The translations under genes were made by a program, and so were the position numbers. Source: Balanoglossus misakiensis (Eukaryota > Animalia > Hemichordata). From it: a stretch of DNA of 64,000 nucleotides. The stretch lies in the NCBI GenBank assembly GCA_040954595.2, contig CM082594.2, positions 4,635,319 through 4,699,318 of the forward strand, in the 5' to 3' direction. This document shows, one piece after another, positions 26,872 to 40,130 of the stretch (positions are counted from its first letter, which is position 1; each line of letters starts with the position of its first letter). The notes under the pieces are model-generated. The model searched no databases, was not told the DNA's origin, and saw only the letters and a list, made by a program, of their open reading frames with translations.

Positions 26872-26937
26872 ACCACAGACCTAAGTATTTGGAAGAGACA
26901 GCACAGTACATCTTAACATCTGATTTTAATCAGGCTG
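26872..26937 (+). mobile_element. Third, diverged copy (right end) of the 1710-1893 MITE family
   Basis: ACATCTGATTTTAATCAGGCTG (26916-26937) matches the TIR. Upstream GACCTAAGTATTTGGAAG resembles GACCTGTGTTTGGAAG in copy 1. Confidence 0.6.
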
Positions 26938-27654
26938 GACAATGACGTGCATCTCCTGCTAAATATCTCTAATGTAGCATACTTGCCCAGAAATTGTGTT
27001 TCAGGGACATTTCTTATCTGGCAAATTTTTATCCTCTGAGACTTTAAAATTAATCCTTAAAGCACCTTGATGTAATTTTTGGGGGTAAATCTTGTATTCA
27101 TGACGTTGTATTTGTGTCAGGAAAGCAGGAAGGTTGTATAGGCACAGAAGTTGAACATTGCCCATCATGTTGTACTTTTTTTAAGTGTTGCTCGGACTAA
27201 ATCCGACACTCCATTCAACCGTGGAGGAATCACCGTTTGCTGAGTTCCATCGCATTCGATGTAATCTCGGCAAGATAGCAGACATGTTTTAGTCGTTCAA
27301 AGAAAAATACCAGAGCCAGCTGTTAGGCACTTACTGGGCTGGAGATATCTGTGAATCGCATCTACGACGGCCGTGTGGTACCACATTAAAGCTCTGAAAG
27401 CCCCTATTTATACTTCTTGGAGTCAAACATCAAATGCATTTATCTCTGCCTGTTATCTTTAGTTAGTCTTTTGATCCTGCAATTAGAGAACCCTTTCAAA
27501 TGTTTGTCGTTGATCTCGTGAACCTGACATTGGCCTTGAAACGTTTCATTATGGAAATGTTTCATTAACACTATCAGATACATAGTTTTCTATTTTCAAA
27601 AATATCTTGAAACATCTTTAAGCTGTCAAATGTTTATTTAAAATAATTGTTACA

Positions 27655-27795
27655 TTTCATCAGACAATTAAAATCATTTTTATTTAATAATTATTTTTGT
27701 GATAGAAAATTTCTCTGATGTTTTTTATTATGTTTCATCAAACAATTAAAATCATTTTTATTTAATAAATAGAAAATTTCTGTTGTTTTTTTATT
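27655..27795. repeat. Tandem duplication, ~78-bp period, second copy with an internal deletion
   Basis: TTTCATCARACAATTAAAATCATTTTTATTTAATAA...ATAGAAAATTTC at 27655 and 27733. Confidence 0.9.
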
Positions 27796-28831
27796 TAATT
27801 TTTATAATCAAAACATAATATATCCAATAAAACATATACATGTAAGATGTTTACTTAAATTCTGCAAAAAAGTGTTTGTAATATTCTGTACGACGGCAGT
27901 ATACCTGCCTTGGTTTTCAAAAAGGCATGTCTGGTAAAGATGGAGAATGGAAAAGTCCCTAGATAACCTGTTAATGTTTGGAGTAGGCCATTAATAAGTG
28001 GAGCGTGGCATGAATGGAGAAAAAGGGGTGTTCAGGTTGTTAAAGAGCACGAAATTGGGTTCTGTTGGCATATCAAGTGGCATGTCTCTTGAACTCAGGT
28101 TTTTATAGTCACCCTTGCACTTGTTGACAGGTTCTTTGACGTATGTCCTTTACCAAATGTTCGTCTGCATCTTTTCGAAGTCGAGACGGTTGGCTGTTAT
28201 GGTTGTTTTTGGTTTTGGCGCGTCAACAGCCATGGTTTGTGCTGCTGTTCTGTCTAACTTCATTTTCTGGGCACCCCCACCCACCCTACATGGATACTGC
28301 AGTTTGCTACTGTTTTCATTTTCACGGATCATCAGGGAAACTGAGTGACTAAATTCTACATACATCAGCATTTTCAACTGTAATTGTAAATCCCAAGATA
28401 GAACATGTACATGTATATGGACAAACATTGTTATTAATCGATACGTATTGCGTTCTGCATATAAATGTTTGCCTGGCCCACTATCAGATCTTATTTTCCA
28501 TATTTGGTCACATATGCAATTTATGCTGATTTCTATCCAAATACCGCAAGACTGATTTGCATATTCATTATGACGATGCAACGCTCATTTGTTTCTGTGT
28601 CCTCAAAGGAACCATCTGTCCAATTTCAGATTGATTTCCACTGTGAGCAATAAATATGAATTTGTCAAGTGCATATATATACAAACATACACATGTAATA
28701 GGTACAATCCGGTAGGAGCAGTTAGCAATGATAGGGAATACACTGATGAGCATTTATGGAACAGAGCGATTCTGTATTATGATGCAAGTATAATACCATG
28801 ACAGAAGATTGGACAATATCTGTCACTTTTG

Positions 28832-28867
28832 GTCTGTCTGTCTGCCTGTCTGTCTGTCTGTCTGTCT
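28832..28867. repeat. (GTCT)n microsatellite
   Basis: Nine units, one variant. Confidence 0.95.
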
Positions 28868-29756
28868 CAACTACATTTGTTCTACTTGCTATAAAAGTAT
28901 ATTCAAACATCCTGTATTGAGCTTGTCAGTACAATCTCGATAAGGTTCAACATAGTGTTATTGTTGGCAAACTTTAATTCATCTGTCAACAACACCAGTG
29001 CCAGCTATACCAATGCAGGCAACGCTGACATGAAAAAGAAATGCCCAGTTCGTGTTTTTCCGTGCTGCAGGGAAGAGAACTAATCAAGGCACAGAATGAT
29101 AATACCGAAATAATGATAAAAAAAGTTGCAGCTCTTCTCCTTTGATGATAAAGTGAGAGTGTGCTGTTTCCATAGCTACTGGCTCCGAATTCAGTCATCC
29201 AAAATTAGAACGTTTCGCCGCTTCGCTTTGAAGCCCTAGAACATTTTTTTTACAGTGACATGTGCATGTACGGAAACAAAGTGGAACCCCTGTTTATAAG
29301 TAAAGACGTGCATATTTATGTTTGATAATTGATGCAAAACGTTCACAAAGCAACTTTTGGTGCTTCGGATATCTGAGTAAACGAGACACAAAGCTTTAAG
29401 TTTGTCGTCATATGGTACGCTGGATGCATTCATCTTTATTAGGGTATTCCTCACAGCCAGAAGGGAATAAAAATGATGTAGATCTCACGTGTATGTTTTG
29501 TTCCCCGGGGTTCACTTTGCCGCTTATCTCACATTTAGAAACCCTGCAGTTTTCATCATTATTTGCGAGTTTGCTTGTACTCTGTGTTAACCTTGACACA
29601 ATAACTAGGCCAGTGTCACTCATAAACTAAAGCATGCATTTTGTAACAAGTAATTAAAAAACGTCCATGAAATTTGAATATTGTGACATTTGATAACTAT
29701 GAAAGGGATAATCAAATGATGATATTTGAGTCTGTGATCAGCACAAAACTTAATAT

Positions 29757-29917
29757 ATGACTAATACATACATATACAGTATTGTTCTAAAGATCCATAA
29801 ACATTTTTCCAAAGATACATTGACTAATACACATTAATGTTCCTAAGATACACTAAGTAATACACATTGTTCCGAAGAGACATTGACTATTATAATACAC
29901 ACTGTTTCAAAGATATA
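29757..29917. repeat. Degenerate minisatellite, ~30-bp unit
   Basis: Four to five diverged copies of approximately CATTGACTAATACACATTGTTCCAAAGATA. Confidence 0.75.
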
Positions 29918-30870
29918 GTGCACAATGCTGAAGTTTAAAAAAATGTATTTGCCATCATGTACATTGTAAAATATAAAATATAATTTTTTTAGCTTGTTTT
30001 GATATTCTGAAACATTAAAATAAAATACTCTTTTTGTCGACTATGGCCTCCATTCAGTGACTTGGCAGGAGTCGATAATTCATTGTAATAGGAATGAAAA
30101 CAAGTATATGTATTTGAGAGCATGAACTCAACATCACAGGGATCACTGCCCTAAATTTCATAATTTATGGATGACAAACTATGATAATAATTTGTCCTGT
30201 CTGTAGTGTGGTCCGGGAATACTTCATCATCGTGAGACGCCAGACAACAAGCTATAAATTGCTGCATGTTGAAAAGATTGTATGGATCTAGTTTCCGGGA
30301 AAATGAGTTGTCAAGCTATTAAGTAGTCTTGGGTCGTTCAAGTTCCAGCACAATTACTGTATCAGAACACTGGCACTGCGGGAAATAGGGTCCAGTCTTT
30401 CAAATGAAAATGGAGAGGTTTAGTCATTTCAGAAAATGAGATAAAATGCAGAGACATCTCTGAAAAGTGAATTCATTTCCAAACAACCAAACAAGAGATC
30501 ACCCTCTCCTTGCTTTTGAGAATCCAGCTTGTGAATACATTTTTTAGAAGAGGCAAAAGATACTGTTGTTGTCCCTTTAATGTTCCCTACAAATGTCGAA
30601 AAGGAGAAATAGGACATCTGGTTTAGTTATATAGAATTTGATGGATTTACTGAGTATTCAGATGATGCATCGCCAAGTGATTTTATTTTTATCAGAAAAA
30701 AATATTGCTTTTGTCAGAATTAGGACAAATGATTTTATCTCGGCTAATAAGATGAATTATTGGAGTGATGCGTACTATAGTTGAACTTCATGTAAATTTA
30801 AGTGAGTGGATATAGAGTGGAGACAGCTTGGCGACAATCAAACATTCAAATCTTGACAGATTACCCTTGT

Positions 30871-31050
30871 GAAAAACGTTCCGTAGACTTGTATAACATT
30901 CTATAGATTTGGACGTTTCTACCGCAGATTTCATTAGCAAAATAGCACCAAACTACATAGAAATCTACAGGAAAAATGTTCCATAGAGTTGTACCATTCT
31001 ATAGATTTTGACGTTTCTACTACAGATTTCATTAGCAAAAAAGCACCAAA
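30871..31050. repeat. Tandem duplication, 100-bp period
   Basis: GAAAAAYGTTCCRTAGA...CATTCTATAGATTT...CAGATTTCATTAGCAAAA.AGCACCAAA at 30871-30952 and 30971-31050. Confidence 0.92.
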
Positions 31051-31189
31051 TGTAATATAGAGTGGCCAAATTTTAAGCAGCCTATATGTCATATACATCT
31101 GTGCTTTACAGCTGAATAGCCTTTTTCAGAACACTCGACATACAGCCATATATAGTCACTGGTGTGTTCAAATTTTGTCCGCTATTACA
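31051..31189. mobile_element. Degenerate fold-back/MITE-like element
   Basis: TGTAATA(TAGA)GTGGCCAAATTTTAAGCA aligns with the reverse complement of the right end, TGTAATAGCGGACAAAATTTGAACA. Confidence 0.4.
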
Positions 31190-32837
31190 AAGGTTTGGGA
31201 AACGTGCATTTGTGATGAAAATAAATTCCCTGTTTACATTCCTGTAGTATATGAGACTAATAGAGGCTTCTGTCTTGGTAGATTTTTAATTTCATTTAAT
31301 TTCCACTCTACAGCCATCAGCATCCTCTAATTAAATCTGTGTGGGTTTGAGTTCTCCCTAGCAACCAATACCGTTACATGCAACTCTGGCCCAGTAGCAG
31401 AAAACATGCAACATCTGTGGCCAGTATTTGACAGGTTGCAGGGTATGTACAGATTAGAATGCCGACTGTATTAGCTACATATTGAGTTGCCCCTAGATAC
31501 ATCTGTCGTGCCCGATTTAACGCCCTAATGAGTAATTTTCAGGACGATATTGACATCAATTGGAAAATAAATGAATGCTGTGTGCCTCTATGCGACCAGG
31601 TTTGGGCGGGTATTGAATATCTCGGCTCCATCTATTGTAATATGTTTCACTGCTCCAGGGCAGTTGATCGTATGCCTTCACCAGGTAGACAGAACGATCG
31701 GCCCCCTCAAGGACGCAACAGTCCTGGACTTATTGCCCCTCTGGAAAGCTGAAAATAATATCGGGAAGTAATTTTTGATAATTTGCGCCCAATTAATGAG
31801 CGGTAAGAATCATCCAGAATTGATGTGCCACAAAAACCTCAGTGGTTACAATCATCACGTTTTTGCCGCACAAATGTGCATGAATTGAGATAGATGACCC
31901 GGTACGCCATTAGGATCAAATTGCTTAAGTTGCAGACGAAACTTTCGATCGGTGTAACCATGGCGACGCGGTGAACTCCAGGCGGGCGTTTGCATGTGTA
32001 TCACCCGATGTACAGGTAACGATCTTCTGCGGATCAATGCATTGACTTCGCATCGATGCCAAGGCATGTACGTCACTCCCTGCGGGTATACACGTCCCAT
32101 CATGACCCCTCAGCAAAAGAAAACAGAACACATCGGGTAATTTTGTATCAAATGGGATTTGGCGGTTGATGAGGTGACTGATCTAGTTTGTACAAGTCCT
32201 CCTGCCCTGTTTAAGTTGTTTTTTTTGTCACGAAGCAACTTTCAAAAGCGCTTGCGTCACTGAAAAGTGAAAATATTTAACATTCACTCGTCCGTATTGT
32301 ATCAGGTCTTATGGTGAGCTGAGTAAAGCCAGTTTAATCACTCCGAGTAGCCATTTGGTATTTTAGGTGAAATGGAGGCACAAATAATTTTTTTTCCAGT
32401 ATTATTACTTTGTGCATGCAGTGTGATGTAAGATCTATTGCCAATTTTCCCTGTGATAGCAAACCTTAAAAGTGTTTTTGAAAACTGATTCCTATACACT
32501 GTGATTTTTACCTCAAATATTCACGTGATTGATAAATTTCTTTCAAATGTATATGGAAACTTATACTTTATGAAAATGGACTTAAATGTTGAGAATGTTA
32601 AAGTTGCATGTGTGGTATTCATGGATTTATTGGAAGTTTCTGAAATTGGCTTGGTAGGTGTTAAATGTGCTGGCTGAGTGAAAAGCTTGTGGTGAACACA
32701 AAATGCACACACACATACAATTCTATCAATTTGGAATTACACCGAGCCCAGCGTTCCAGCTGAGATGTCAATAGTGAGCTCTTCAAGGGGGTAATTGACT
32801 GGTTTACACTTTACAGGGCACGTTGCCTCTTCTGTCT

Positions 32838-32852
32838 CCCCCCCCCCCCCCC
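32838..32852. repeat. Poly-C tract (C15)
   Basis: Read directly; similar tracts at 33774-33785, 45860-45877 (G) and 61990-62005. Confidence 0.95.
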
Positions 32853-33644
32853 AAAGTGGTTCACAGCGACCCAGTAAATGTCCTCTCTTGCACTTCATTC
32901 GAAAAGCCGAGACAACTGGCGACGATTAGCGTCGGTAGTTCTGGCCAAGGTGGGATAAATTGTTCTCCAAATCACTGTGTCCAAATGCTGCGTCAATGCT
33001 AGCTTTGAAAACGCTGCGTTTATACTTTCCCTGACGGAAGCAATCGGTTTACGTCTCTGCTTTCTGGGATAGTAAAAATGAAGTGTCATGTACAACTAAG
33101 AGAGGGACTTTCCTGTGCAGTTACGAGCCTATGAAATATTGATGCAACTTGCGTTTTAGTGTTCTGCTCCTTTGTGCAGTTTTATTAGCCGTCCGGATAA
33201 GTAGTTCTGAGAGCATCAAACAGTATACTATACACATCCTGTATAAAAAGCTCGCTGCATTCATACATACGCAAATTTATTGGTCACTTCTTTCCCATTT
33301 GACTATAGACGTGGGGTAAAATTTTAATTCAAATGTCCTCCAGTTTTCAGGCAAGAAAATGTTTGTTTTTATAAAAAGAAACTACAAGGAATTAGCAATT
33401 TGGAAGATCTTAGCTGGTATTGCAGTAGTAGTTCTTGCTTCTACTTCCAAGTAATCATTTGCAGCCGGGCTCTTTGCTGACAGCTACAGTTAACAGAACT
33501 ACATTTGTATATACCAGCACATGGCCTACAGTGAAACTGCAGCTGCCAGAGCTTTCTATAAAGCTATCTGTGTCCTTGCCTGTAAGAGTTGAACCAAAAC
33601 ATCTTTCCTTTATCTTGAGGCATTAGACCTTGCCTGCAATGCAT

Positions 33645-33697
33645 GATATGGCCAATAGAAGTTGTTTGCAGATATGGCCAATATAGGTTTTGTTTGA
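33645..33697. repeat. Tandem duplication, 26-bp period
   Basis: GATATGGCCAATA..TTGTTTG at 33645 and 33671. Confidence 0.8.
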
Positions 33698-35980
33698 TGT
33701 GCTAGCTGTAGCTTACAGCCAACAGACCTTGATTTCAACTATACTTTCAGTGGAGTATATGCAGTACATTTATCCCCCCCCCCCCAGCTATAACCAAGAG
33801 AGGGAGCTAGTTGAATCAAATAACTGCAAAATGGGTACATTTTGTGAAACACGTTTTGCTGTATATATGCTGTTTTGTCATATGGTTTCTTTTGGTATTT
33901 TGGGTTGTAAACAGAATCTTACATGCCTATACATTTTCTCTTGTTTTTGGATACTGAAGTTTCAGCAATTAATATCAAAATCAGCACTTTTTCACAGAGA
34001 ACATTGTTTGAAAGGGAATGTACTAGTAGACTCCAAAATGAGCTTGTAGGCACATGAATGTATCACTCATTACTGAATTTTCTAAAACTCTCTTCAATCA
34101 TCCACCTTGGCTACAAAAAAAGATGTTTCTTGGAATCGCTATTTCTGTTTTTTCCAATTTAAAACTTTTTGTTCAATGTTTTTGATTGAAAATGCCAACT
34201 GACATTTCCTTCATTCTGTCAGTGCATGCCAAATGCTACTATAGTTCCCTTGGAATAAAGTTGAAAGAGTTTTGTATGAATGACACTACCCTGGCTGGCA
34301 GCATCAATTCATGGCAGGTTGCAAAATCCGGTAAGGTTGGCTTTCAAAGCTGCAGGGAGGAAGAGATAGTTCCATTTCGCAGAAAATGTATACAGTGACC
34401 TTCACTGCGTCTTTCTCTCGGGCGAACATTAGCAATGGTATTCTCTCCTTAAAAGTGTAACCCCCCTAGAGGAAGGATTACAATAAGATGGATTACTTTG
34501 GTGCCATTCGTTTCGATACAAACAGTGTTCCCAGGTCAGCTGGGATGATCCCGCAGATATTTTTGGCATGGTGCCAGAAAGTGTGTCATCCGGAAAACAA
34601 CATTCATGAACTTGTTGGCTAGGGATATTTAAGCGACAGGTTCATTTTCCCATTGTGATTTTGAGCTATCCTCACCTAACTGTTCGTTAATCTGTGGGTT
34701 TAAGCTCTGTCAAGTAAATATTTGCATAATGATTTTTGACACCTGTTGAATAGCCAGTTGCATTGTCAATAGGTACTCAAGCCTCAAGTTTTACAATGAT
34801 GAACCTTATTCGGAAGACTATATTCAAAACAAGAATAAAGGTAATTTTCAGCCAATCAGAATCAGTTTAACAATGTCCTTACTGATAAATTATGAATGGT
34901 GTGAAATTCGACAAAATGGATTAAGTAGAAATAACATAGAACAGTGGTGATTCTTTAAGTAGTATGCTATAAATATACGTGCTCTAACATTAACAAAGTG
35001 CCTTTCTAGTCTATCACTAAATTGAGCACATTAACACAATTAATAGTACAGATTACATCAAGACTCAGCAACCACAGAAAAATCTTGGTTAATTTTCTAA
35101 TCATGCACCATTTTACTCATTCAGCTCTCTTTCCTCCCTGAAACACACAAAGTCAATTCCTCTCAGGATATTTTCTTACCAATTTGCAAGAGCCCACATT
35201 TCTCTTTCAACCTGATTTTTCAATATTACATTTTTCGCCTGAATCGATCACAAACACATTATTTCATTTTCTACTCTGTTTACTTTTATTATTACACCAT
35301 GGATTTGTGGGTTCGCATTATGTCCTTGCCTGGTTTTGCCTCAGGGCAGAGTTTATAATTTGTTAACAAAGGTACTGGATATCATAAAACGTGAATAGTT
35401 TCATTTTCCCCGTTGTCTGCATGGAGTTTGTAATTACATTCTTGCGCGTTTGTCACCTTAATTGACATAATCTAAATTTTTATGCAGATTGCGTAGTCCA
35501 ATTACTAAAACAAGATGACTCTCTCATTATTATAAGAGCACACTTCACCTTAGGGAACAGTTTTCAGATAAACTATCCTCCAATATATCTACCCAGTAAT
35601 TTTATTTGAATTTTCTGTTCATTTTGTAATATTTTGAAAACATATAATGAAATATTTTTTCCCTCAGACGTTGGCAACCATTTTCAAGTTCAATGTTTTG
35701 GCGTACCTCAGACAATATTTAGGCAGTGACATGTCTTTGAGGATTTGAAAGAAAGAAATGGACCCTTGTATAAAATATGAGAACAAGTTTAATAGATGCA
35801 AAGCAAAGCCTGACAATGCTGGAATGAACATTAGGTTTATTTTTGGTAAATGAAGCTTATTTACAGTAAGAATTTTTCTAGACACATAATCAAGTTATAC
35901 ACCAAAACATTTTTCTTCTCTTGACCAATTTTATTCAGAGATGAAAAGATCATCAGTATTAGGTTGATGAGAATAGTGTG

Positions 35981-35994
35981 GTCTCCATGGAAAC
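35981..35994. promoter_or_regulatory. Canonical RFX X-box
   Basis: GTCTCC-AT-GGAAAC. Confidence 0.4.
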
Positions 35995-37646
35995 GTTCAG
36001 AAACTACTTCATTGTTAAAGTTTGTGATTTAATGACTCTGTGTATCTGTTTCATCCTAGTCAAGTACACTTAGTGTATTCAATGAAATTTAACTGAGTGT
36101 GAACTGCAAACACCAAATGGCTGCTTGATCCATCTTCCCACTTCGTAACTTTTGCGTCACATGATTTTATTGATCTGTAATTTCTCACTTTCTGCGAAGC
36201 CTGGATGGGTCAACTGTTGCAAAAGCGCTAATGCATTTCTCGAGTCAAAATCACTTTCAAAAATCCATTCCACGGCCTGGGCCATCCTCGGTTTCTGCTA
36301 ATGGTATTGTTTTTCGTAAATTGAAGCGTGAGAACACGGACACTGCAGGGCGCGAGTTGACCTTCGTCACATTGCCGCATTCAGACGCCGGCAGAAAGTG
36401 AATTCTTGATAATAGCATGAAATCTGTAAAAACCTACTACACGGCAAATCAACTATAAACGCTGTAAGTGCAGTGTAGCTTGTGGGAAAAAGAACAGGGC
36501 GAACTGTTTTAGTTTAATTTTTTTAAACCTGACAGCTGGTCATAATTCTGCTTAATTTTGAGATAGGTCATAGAACTCTCAGGCAGAGCAGTTTGAACAG
36601 TCCGTACATCTTTTAACTTGCAGAGGATCGTGGCTTTAAGTTTTCAACTGAAAATATCTGTATTTGAGAATCCTAATTTCGTTTGTGAGGAACTTAATTC
36701 CCCCTGCTGTACTCATTTGCTGTTTTCGTATTTTTATCCCACAAGTAGAACATTTGCATGGGTGTAAAAATACCACAGCAAGCTGTTTTGGGGATAATTT
36801 TAGCCAAGGTTTTGAGGGTAATAGTTTCACTTTTGGATTAGTAATTTGTAATACTTTGCATACCTTATAACTTGCTCATATTAGGCCAGTCACTGGAATT
36901 TTTCATAATTCGCATACGACGTCTGTTTTACGGTGTGCACCAAGGTATGAAATCAAATCTGAACTTTCCACTATTTGGCCTTTAATTTCTGTTCTAATTT
37001 GCATACAACTGACCGTGTGTTTGGAGACACTGAATAACTCCTTGATTGAATGGGATCATGGGAATTTTACATGATTTGTCTGGGTCATGTCAGTATACTC
37101 AAATAAAGCAGGAATCTAGTTGAAGTATGCAATATTGCATAGTGTTTTTCTTTTTCAGAAAGTGGGATGCCGACATAATATTGTATGATTACATATTCAA
37201 TACATCTCAGTCATGATTATACGCATTTATATTATTTCGACTGTTCTGAAATCCCGACAGATCAGTTCAGCCGGGCAAACACAATAGCCCCTGATTGGCA
37301 TGTTTCAGCTGATAACAACAACCTGAAATTATTACACAGTGTACACCTTCAATTTAGTCCATCTGAATAATAACCCAGGTAGCTAAGTGATGATGTCGTG
37401 GCTGGTATGTGTGTCTGACACATCTGAGCCATCATGAAGAGGCATTCTTTCATGATGAAGGAGGCGAGAACTCGGGTGCTTGGCTACATGTACTCAGGTA
37501 AATATTGCGGTGAGTATAAGGGCTGCAGTTTGTGAAGTGCCAATCAGGGGCCTGTAGTGGCCTGTTTCCATATTGTGATCACTGTGTAATTTCAGCAGAG
37601 TGTAATGGTGCATCATACCGAACAGTTGTCCTGCACTGAGAATTAG

Positions 37647-37700
37647 TACTGTAAAACGGGTTATTTTCGCGAGTAATAAATTTCCGCGAAATACGCGAGA
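37647..37700 (+). mobile_element. Terminus of a TA-flanked non-autonomous DNA transposon
   Basis: TA-CTGTAAAACGGGTTATTTTCGCG...CCGCGAAATACGCG, with inverted TTTCGCG/CGCGAAA subterminal motifs of the kind seen in TACTGTAAA-ended invertebrate MITEs; partner end not found. Confidence 0.45.
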
Positions 37701-39699
37701 GCCACAAGGTGTAGTATGTGTTGGTAAAGTTCAGAATTACTGCTACACAGTCATTGTGTGATCTGCAAACACTCCAGAGCAAAGTTCTTGTTGGATGAAA
37801 TGCTCTGGGTGTGAAATTCTAGTTTTAACAGTTACATGTACATTCCAATCATCAAATCTGAGAGATGATTTCTTGCAGCTGAATGTGATGAGAGGAAAAT
37901 GTGAATTTTCTTTTGCGAAAATTAGATTGCAAGCAAACTACAGTTGCCACTGGGCTTTGAGCAGCACTTTGAATGATAGGTTTTTCGCTTTGCAATCTCG
38001 TAGAAAGCCATTGGTTATTACCAATAGATGTGATGGAACACATTCAGATGTCTATATCATCTCCATTGTAAGTCATTCAGGAATAGGTCACTTATTAATT
38101 CCTCAGATCCCATCTTTTTAAACACACCCAACTTGCAATTGTGTTTCTGCTTAAGTCTCTGCATGTTCTTCCGTTGGGAATTCAACCCTAATAGAATGTT
38201 GACTTTCGCAAGAAAATCCCACTGAATTCCCCTATTGAGCCTTGCGTGTACAGTATTACTGAAAAATATAGTTTGATCAAATAAAACTTTAACAAAGCAT
38301 TTACTTTTATTATTCATGGAATGTTTTTAAGCTCCCCTTTTATGCATATTCCATCGAGAGCTTATGGGATAAGTTGGCATATGTTGTCTGTCAAAAGTGA
38401 TGCTGAAAAAACGAGAAAACGGTCAAAACACAATAACTCGAGAACTGCTGGTCAGATTCGCTTTGAAAATCTAGGTTGCATGTACCTTTGGTAGAGTTAT
38501 TAGGAATGTTCAGGGTTAAGTGATTTTTAATGTCATTTTCTTCATTTCTGTTCCAAACAACTGCTCTAAAACTGTTGTATGTGTGAGAGTAGACTGGATG
38601 ATCTCTTTCAGTGTTGTTCAAATCATGGAAAATTAGCAATATTGTTATTTTTCTTAGAAAACACCTCACAGATTTCTTTAAAATTTGGTTTGGAATGGGA
38701 TTCTGGAGGGGAGTGTTCTTAATATGATAATGTGCAAAAATTATGTTTAAACTTTATGTGGTTGTTCTCTTTGGGGCAGTTTTATGTTGATTTTAGTTTA
38801 TTTTATTCCCCTCAGAAATAGCTCACAGCTTTGAACTTTGGCTTGTAAGGTCCTAGGAATGCTCTGCATTAGATTTTTTCGTCTTCTCTCTCATAAATTA
38901 TGTACATGTTTATCTATTGTAAGGATGTTTGTTTAATGTGTCCTTGTGGGTTTGTGTCAGAAATTGATCAGTATACAAGTCCAAATATTACTGATATGCA
39001 TCACACATTCAATGAATAACAGTTCTGATCAAATGGGATCACAGTGTCCTTGAGACTGTTATTTTTTCTCAAAATCAATCATAATTAGGTTCCATTTCTG
39101 CAAGACAGAACATTGATTCTGCATTGAATTAACCCAATTACACTGTATGTTCCGGTTGGCCCAACAAAGAAAACCTCCAGAATGCAGACAGCAAGCTTCA
39201 TCCATATTTAAGTCAACTTGTGTTTTCTGAGTCGAGGGGGTTGCACATTGTAAGCAGCAAATGTAATTTGGTGCAGTAGGAGTTGTCTTTGAGTTACTAT
39301 TTAAAGTGGAAACATTCAAGAAAATAGTTCCGAAGTGTTTTTCACAGTATTTCTGTCAATCGATGGTTGTTATGGAAAATCCAAAATTATTGGCAGGTTT
39401 TATGCTGATTATTTTCTGTACTGGAAACGGTGTGGCATCTGTACCCTGGCTAGCTTGTGATAAGTCAGTCACATCTCCAGGTGGAGCTTATGATTTACCT
39501 GTGCAGCCCCACATGTCGGAACTCAGTCACGTCTGCCTTGTAATTTACGAGGGAAGAAGGCCGGGCGCATTTCAGGTGGTTAATGTTTGCTTCTGCAGGC
39601 AGTTAGAAATTATACGTTTGGTATACGAGAAAATCAATTTATTATCATACCTCTGTTTGCGTTGCAATCTCCCCCACTTAAATACAGTTGACAGAAAAG

Positions 39700-40130
39700 A
39701 GTGTTGACACTGTTACTCCCGCAATCACGCATCAATTTCTTCGCCCACCCGGGGAAAGCGGGCGGGACGCGCTTAATATGCAAATCACGCACAGGTGAGC
39801 GCTGATCAGATGGGAGCACCTTGTGAATTTGCATTAACAGCGCGAACGTGCGCCGATCATTAGGGCCGATCATGCCGTGAAACTGAATACAACGGCACTA
39901 TAACAAATTGCTGAGTGATCGCTGTCGTGTTCTGCGATAATACTGCATCCGGACGGTTATTGAGCGGCGATGATTTTGTATGCGCGGCGGCTGACTAGCA
40001 GATCTCCGGGCCATTGTTGCATGCATGATGGCTGCAATTGCGAAGAGAGTGGACGCGTACGTGGAACGGGGCAGTTTACAGCTTATAACGTTGAATGATA
40101 ATGTGCGGTTTGTTTAGTCGGGTGTATTGA
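39700..40130. promoter_or_regulatory. CpG-dense putative enhancer/promoter block with inverted POU octamers
   Basis: 33 CpG counted in 39721-40080. ATGCAAAT at 39778-39785 and ATTTGCAT at 39827-39834; GC-box-like GGGCGGGA; no meaningful ORF. Confidence 0.5.

Noticed and set aside
37159-37182. 24-nt exon candidate after TTTTTCTTTTTCAG
   Set aside because: Weak donor (ATT|GTATGA) and unrecognisable peptide.
39941-39953. TACTGCATCCGGA, resembling the 5' part of miR-217
   Set aside because: The 3' half diverges and the segment is not on one arm of a long stem.
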